Part shown: piece by piece, positions 32,083 to 35,641 of the stretch | Layout: each line of letters opens with the position of its first letter | How positions within the stretch are numbered: position 1 is the stretch's first letter | From: a virus | Reading direction: 5' to 3' (one strand) | DNA length: 35,641 bases | IMG/VR virus record: IMGVR_UViG_3300045988_048484 | Position numbers and translations under genes: made by a program | The notes under the pieces: model-generated | The model's database searches: none | What the model saw: only the letters and a program-made list of their open reading frames with translations | What the model was told of the DNA's origin: nothing

Positions 32083-32468
32083 GCCAGATCACCGTCCTTC
32101 ACCTTGATTTCTTGATGTGTTGCATATACGGCCGGACGACCGACGACCGCGAAGTTCAGGTCTTTCTGACTGGAAGGATCGTCACGCCCGAAGCGTTTCA
32201 GGACGATCTTGTCGCCAGGAAGGATCGAAAGGTCAGGTCCGGCGAAAATGACAGCGTCATAATCGACGTTGTTTTGTGCGTCTGTCTGTCCGCTACTGTC
32301 TGAACCTGTATACGAAAGCGCGCAAATGATACCAGAATAAATCACAGAAGGATCAGACGCCGAAATAGCGTTCTGACCCCTCTGTGGCGCGGTTCTTGAT
32401 ACCGTGGCGGTGTCTTCATAGGTCATTTCGATCGCGGCGCGCTCTGCGCTTGCGTTTCCGAAGGACAT
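32079..32468 (-). CDS. Head closure / head-tail adaptor protein (assignment by position)
   Basis: 129 aa between the connector-like and tail completion genes. Confidence 0.45.
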   Translation of the reverse strand: MSFGNASAERAAIEMTYEDTATVSRTAPQRGQNAISASDPSVIYSGIICALSYTGSDSSGQTDAQNNVDYDAVIFAGPDLSILPGDKIVLKRFGRDDPSSQKDLNFAVVGRPAVYATHQEIKVKDGDLA

Positions 32469-32472
32469 AGAA

Positions 32473-32922
32473 TCACCACCTTACTTTTCGATACTCATTC
32501 AGGACAGTCTTCCACCCGAAGAATTCGCCGTTATCGGCGCCCAGGTTGAAGGTGTTCGCCGATCCAGACGATCCGGAACCCGTGGCGAAGGTGGTTTGAA
32601 CGTCACCACGCTTCACAGAAGCCACAGGGCCGGTCGTGGCCGAAGAATTCCCCAGGCCGGCCGACTTGTAATAGCTGACACACATGACGACCAGGACGTT
32701 TTCCAGGTCTTCCGGAAGGGTGTCCCAGTTGATGTAACGAAGGACCATTTTTTCGACGGTCTGGATCACATATTCCAGGATCGCGTCATGGTCTTCCGTC
32801 TGAATCCCCAGAAGGGCCTTGACCTTCGAAAGACGGCTGTCGCTCGACATAAGGGTTTGAAGAACCGTCGCGCGTTCCGCGTCGGTTAGGCCTTCCAGGG
32901 AAGATAGAATTTGATTCAGCAT
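32473..32922 (-). CDS. Head-tail connector protein (gp6/YqbG-like)
   Basis: 149 aa. KALLGIQTEDHDAILEYVIQTVEKMVLRYIN resembles gp6-like connector N-terminal helices. Confidence 0.55.
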   Translation of the reverse strand: MLNQILSSLEGLTDAERATVLQTLMSSDSRLSKVKALLGIQTEDHDAILEYVIQTVEKMVLRYINWDTLPEDLENVLVVMCVSYYKSAGLGNSSATTGPVASVKRGDVQTTFATGSGSSGSANTFNLGADNGEFFGWKTVLNEYRKVRW

Positions 32923-32949
32923 GATTACACCACCTTTCGGCGGTCCCGA

Positions 32950-33201
32950 TTATTCACCTTTCGCGGCTTCGATCAGTTCGACGATCTGGGCCTTTGTGGC
33001 GCCGTCAGGAACCGCGATTCCGGCGTCCTGGGCGACTTTCAGAAGTTCGCCCTTGTTCATCTTGGACAAAGGCTTTTCGTCGCCCTGGGCGGCGTTCTGG
33101 CCGTCGTAGGGTTCGAAGTCGGGGTTCTTCTGAAGCTGTTCGACGACCATGTCGGACTTCGGTTCCAGGATTACGCCGGTATGCTTATTTTTGAACTTCA
33201 T
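32950..33201 (-). CDS. Small protein with a Rho-N/HeH (SAP-like) motif
   Basis: SKMNKGELLKVAQDAGIAVPDGATKAQIVELI is an HeH-type helix-extension-helix. Confidence 0.55.
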   Translation of the reverse strand: MKFKNKHTGVILEPKSDMVVEQLQKNPDFEPYDGQNAAQGDEKPLSKMNKGELLKVAQDAGIAVPDGATKAQIVELIEAAKGE

Positions 33202-33237
33202 TGTGTTTCCCTCCTTGTGAATATGATCCTGGCCAGA

Positions 33238-34080
33238 TTACGCCTTCGCGTAGTGGAAGATCAGGTCAGGGGTCAGGGCCTTCGTGCCGTAGTCGTAGAA
33301 CATAGACACGCCGTAGTCGTTGGACAGAGGAATCTTTTCAGGCTCCTTGTAAGGATAGATTACGGCCGGCTGTGCGATAGCGCCGTCGATCATAATGATC
33401 GCGTTAGTGCCGGAAGGAACAAAGACGGAAGAATAGCAACGGACGCCGTGGAAGATTGCGAAGTCTTCGGCCGCGCTGTCCACGTTGGCGTTGTGAACAT
33501 TCTTGTCCAGGTAGTTTCTGATCTTGCCGTAGAAGGAAGGATCGCACACCAGGCGCATAATGTTACGGGGAACGCCGCGAACGTAGCCGTTCTTTACGGT
33601 TTCCAGGGTCTGAATGAAGGCTTCGACGATAGCTTCCACGTCGGTTTCGGTAGTGCTGAAGGAAGTACCTTCGTCGACCGCACACTGGAAGAAAGCAGTG
33701 TCGAATTCGGCCGCCACGGTGTCGACATGGTTGTCGGCGCGTCTGGCCATGATGTTACCCACGCCGAAAGTATCAAGGTCGAACTTTGCGGCTTCCTCCA
33801 CGATCTCCTTGTGGGTGTTCAGGTTGACAGTGGTAGGGGGAACAGTGATCGCGCTACCCTTGCCGGCGGCTCTCGCAGTGCCGTAGTCCTGGGAAACGCT
33901 GTTCTTGAATCTCTTATACTCGACGGAACCGCTTGCAGGATTGCCGGTATAAGACTGGGACTTCAGACCGGACGCCAGGGTGTCCTTCTGAATGTTGCCG
34001 ATCACAAGACCGGACAGTTCGGCCAGGTCGACCTTTGTCGCGCCAGTCTGGATCAGGGAAATAGCTTTAGTTCTTGCCAT
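33238..34080 (-). CDS. Major capsid protein
   Basis: 280 aa directly after the scaffold gene. The assignment rests on position and size. Confidence 0.75.
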   Translation of the reverse strand: MARTKAISLIQTGATKVDLAELSGLVIGNIQKDTLASGLKSQSYTGNPASGSVEYKRFKNSVSQDYGTARAAGKGSAITVPPTTVNLNTHKEIVEEAAKFDLDTFGVGNIMARRADNHVDTVAAEFDTAFFQCAVDEGTSFSTTETDVEAIVEAFIQTLETVKNGYVRGVPRNIMRLVCDPSFYGKIRNYLDKNVHNANVDSAAEDFAIFHGVRCYSSVFVPSGTNAIIMIDGAIAQPAVIYPYKEPEKIPLSNDYGVSMFYDYGTKALTPDLIFHYAKA

Positions 34081-34120
34081 AGTAAATCACATTCCTTTCA
34101 AAAATATTTTTTGTGATTGA

Positions 34121-34714
34121 TTACAGGACGACAGGGCCGTCCACTTTTGCGGCCGGTGCGCCAGGGGCGCCAGGTTCGGCCGGCTTCGCGCCCTTAATGT
34201 CAGGGGCGCCAGGTTTGGATTCCTCCTTGAACAGATAGGCTTTTGTTTCCTTGATAGGCTTCAGAAGGCCTTCAAGGTCTGTCTTCAGGGAACCCGTGTC
34301 GTCGACGTCGATCTTGTCCAGGTCCAGAAGGCCGATAATGTCCGAAGGGTCGTGAACCTTTCCGTTCAGGGCCATTCGAAGGGCGGCGTTCTTGCTGATC
34401 TTCTTGATTTCGGCGTCGTGTGTGGCCTGAAGGTTCGCGATCGTGGTCTGGGCGTTCTTCACGTCGTCGGCGATTTTGGCCGGATCGCCGGTTCCACCGA
34501 TAGCCTTCAGCGCTTCGGCGGCGGCCTTCAGGGCGTTTTCTGCGCTCGTTTTGCCGCTGTTCGCGCCGTTGTACTTATCGGCCGGAACGAAACTTCCGTC
34601 GTTTCCGATTACCAGATCGACGTCCTTTCCGTCTTTGCCTTTGCCTTTCAGGGCGGCTTCGACCTGGGCGGACAGTTCGTCGCCCAACAGGGATTTAATA
34701 CCTTCAATGATCAT
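34121..34714 (-). CDS. Scaffolding protein (GP20-like)
   Basis: The start was reset to the ATG at 34714 behind AAAGGAG. The protein is helical, K/A/D-rich, and contains ...NGKVHDPSDIIGLLDLDKIDVDD.... Confidence 0.75.
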   Translation of the reverse strand: MIIEGIKSLLGDELSAQVEAALKGKGKDGKDVDLVIGNDGSFVPADKYNGANSGKTSAENALKAAAEALKAIGGTGDPAKIADDVKNAQTTIANLQATHDAEIKKISKNAALRMALNGKVHDPSDIIGLLDLDKIDVDDTGSLKTDLEGLLKPIKETKAYLFKEESKPGAPDIKGAKPAEPGAPGAPAAKVDGPVVL

Positions 34715-34804
34715 GGGAACTCCTTTCACCGCTGTCTTTTCCGTGACTTCCACACGCTTTGCGGTTCCGTCTGTTCGCCGGACGGTTACGGCTTGAATTA
34801 TATG

Positions 34805-34833
34805 AAAAAGACGCCACCTGGAAGGGTGACGCC
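34805..34833 (-). terminator. Rho-independent terminator between the DUF4926-like gene and the scaffold gene
   Basis: Minus-strand RNA GGCGUCACC-CUUCCA-GGUGGCGUC forms a 9-bp stem with two G-U pairs, followed by UUUUUCAU. Confidence 0.6.
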
Positions 34834-34860
34834 TTAATCAACAGAAAAAGGGCATATTAA

Positions 34861-34883
34861 AACGCCGGCCTGTCGGTCGACGT
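34861..34883 (-). terminator. Second hairpin immediately after the DUF4926-like stop
   Basis: Minus-strand RNA ACGUCGACC-GACA-GGCCGGCGU has one mismatch and one wobble pair, followed by UUUAAU. Confidence 0.35.
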
Positions 34884-35084
34884 TTATTTTTGAATCTGAA
34901 GTTCGTTTTCTGTGAATTCCTTGTCAAAGGACGCTTCAATGGTGTCGCCGTCCTTGTCGAAGAATTCGACGGTGTAGGCTTCGCCGTTGCCGTGGATATA
35001 TACGACCGTTCCTTCGGTTCCTTTGCGGATTCCGGTTTCCTGGTCGTCTTCCTTCAGGGTTACAACGTCGTATAGATTCAACAT
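34884..35084 (-). CDS. DUF4926-like small protein (66 aa); candidate partner or immunity protein for the MuF C-terminal domain
   Basis: MLNLYDVVTLKEDDQETGIRKGTEGTVVYIHGNGEAYTVEFFDKDGDT matches my recollection of DUF4926 (SH3-like small proteins). RBS GAGGTGA. Confidence 0.55.
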   Translation of the reverse strand: MLNLYDVVTLKEDDQETGIRKGTEGTVVYIHGNGEAYTVEFFDKDGDTIEASFDKEFTENELQIQK

Positions 35085-35095
35085 AGGTCTTCACC

Positions 35096-35641
35096 TCACT
35101 TCTTTTTCTTGTCGAATGTCGCAGTCACAAGGCGCGGAACATTCGAACCATTATCTATCTGCCATACGGTATTTAGCCGCAAGAAGCGGCCTTTTTTGCC
35201 GTATACAATGACAGGGACCTTGTATTTCGTGCCATGCTTCGTCGTCGTGATCGTCGAAACAGGGGACTTCTGGACTTCGCGGAATATCTTGTCGGAAAAC
35301 TCTGACCAGTTGGTCCGATCGTAGCCTAAAACGCTTTCTATGACGTGCGCTTTGTGCTGACCTTCCTTGTGGTCGGGGTTCAGAAGATAATTGACGAACT
35401 TGTCTTCAGGCGTGGCCGCCTGGGAAGCGTTCGGCATGGTTCCGCGCGTTCCGACGCTGTTATAAAGGCGAACTTTCGCCTTCGTCATGGAATAGCGATC
35501 CGGATCGGTGTATTTCATATTCTGGAACGATTCAAGGTCGGCCGGAAGTTCGTCCACAGGAAGAACTGTCCGGTATGCGTCGAACTGTTCACTGTCCGCC
35601 TTTATATTATACGACTTTTTACGTTCCGTTTCAACGGAACC
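35096..35641 (-). CDS. C-terminal part of the wrap-around MuF-like minor head protein, carrying a DUF6883-like extension
   Basis: The frame is continuous with 1..1081 (…SVETERKKSYNIKADSE|QFDAYRTVLPVDELPADL…). The extension contains FVNYLLNPDHKEGQHKAHVIESVLGY and ...RLNTVWQIDNGSNVPRLVTATF. Confidence 0.85.
   Translation of the reverse strand, partial: GSVETERKKSYNIKADSEQFDAYRTVLPVDELPADLESFQNMKYTDPDRYSMTKAKVRLYNSVGTRGTMPNASQAATPEDKFVNYLLNPDHKEGQHKAHVIESVLGYDRTNWSEFSDKIFREVQKSPVSTITTTKHGTKYKVPVIVYGKKGRFLRLNTVWQIDNGSNVPRLVTATFDKKKK
35587..35641. repeat. 55-bp terminal direct repeat identical to 1..55 (circular assembly overlap)
   Basis: gttcactgtccgcctttatattatacgactttttacgttccgtttcaacggaacc is present at both window ends. 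Confidence 0.97.

Noticed and set aside
32911-34116. A 401-aa plus-strand ORF
   Set aside because: It is an antisense shadow of the major capsid and neighbouring genes. It has no RBS or recognisable motifs and conflicts with a well-packed minus-strand operon.
35587-35641. Terminal repeat as a genuine physical DTR or cos end
   Set aside because: An ORF is continuous and in frame across the junction, and the length equals a standard assembler k-mer. It is most simply a circularisation overlap.
1-35641. A third variable repeat, or additional DGR targets
   Set aside because: The invariant block ccggccgaacgcc and the GVRPA motif were seen only at the TR, VR1 and VR2. A computational scan should confirm this.

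Overview
This window is a complete, circularly closed phage genome. Positions 1-55 are identical to 35587-35641, so the unique length is 35,586 bp. One gene reads in frame across that junction. Strong GGAGG-type ribosome-binding sites suggest a Gram-positive (Firmicutes/Clostridia-like) host. The tail and baseplate module is PBSX/XkdK-XkdU-like and contractile. All genes except one are on the minus strand.

Reading down the minus strand from about 14730, the order is:
- An XRE/Cro-like regulator.
- A terminator-insulated ribbon-helix-helix unit.
- An IS30-family DDE transposase and an IS30-like HTH-only gene.
- The recombination and replication genes: Gp157, Rad52-like annealase, replisome organizer, DnaC-like loader, RusA.
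- An early-region DGR target gene.
- An MT-A70 methylase, a GNAT-like protein, a secreted 3D-domain protein, MazG, SSB and a sigma-like late activator.
- tRNA-Leu(CAG).
- terS, terL, portal and a MuF-like minor head protein, which wraps the junction.
- Scaffold, capsid, neck, sheath, tube, chaperone, tape measure, baseplate and fiber genes.
- Avd, the template repeat, the reverse transcriptase and the second DGR target.
- A CBM5/12 protein, the lysis cassette and a displaced HK97-gp10-like gene.

The main finding is a complete diversity-generating retroelement (DGR). One template repeat matches two variable repeats in two paralogous target genes. Every one of the 17+17 mismatches lies at a template adenine. 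One target sits next to the reverse transcriptase in the tail-fiber region. The other sits 11-13 kb away among early genes.

Other points worth a second look:
- A G9 tract frameshifts the methylase.
- The MuF protein carries a C-terminal extension and is followed by a small partner gene, which resembles a toxin/immunity pair.
- No tyrosine or serine integrase is present; the IS30-type transposase is the only recombinase.
- Intrinsic terminators are embedded within operons, and a phased 10-bp repeat array lies upstream of terS.

All family assignments rest on reading the translated motifs by eye. No database search was run.
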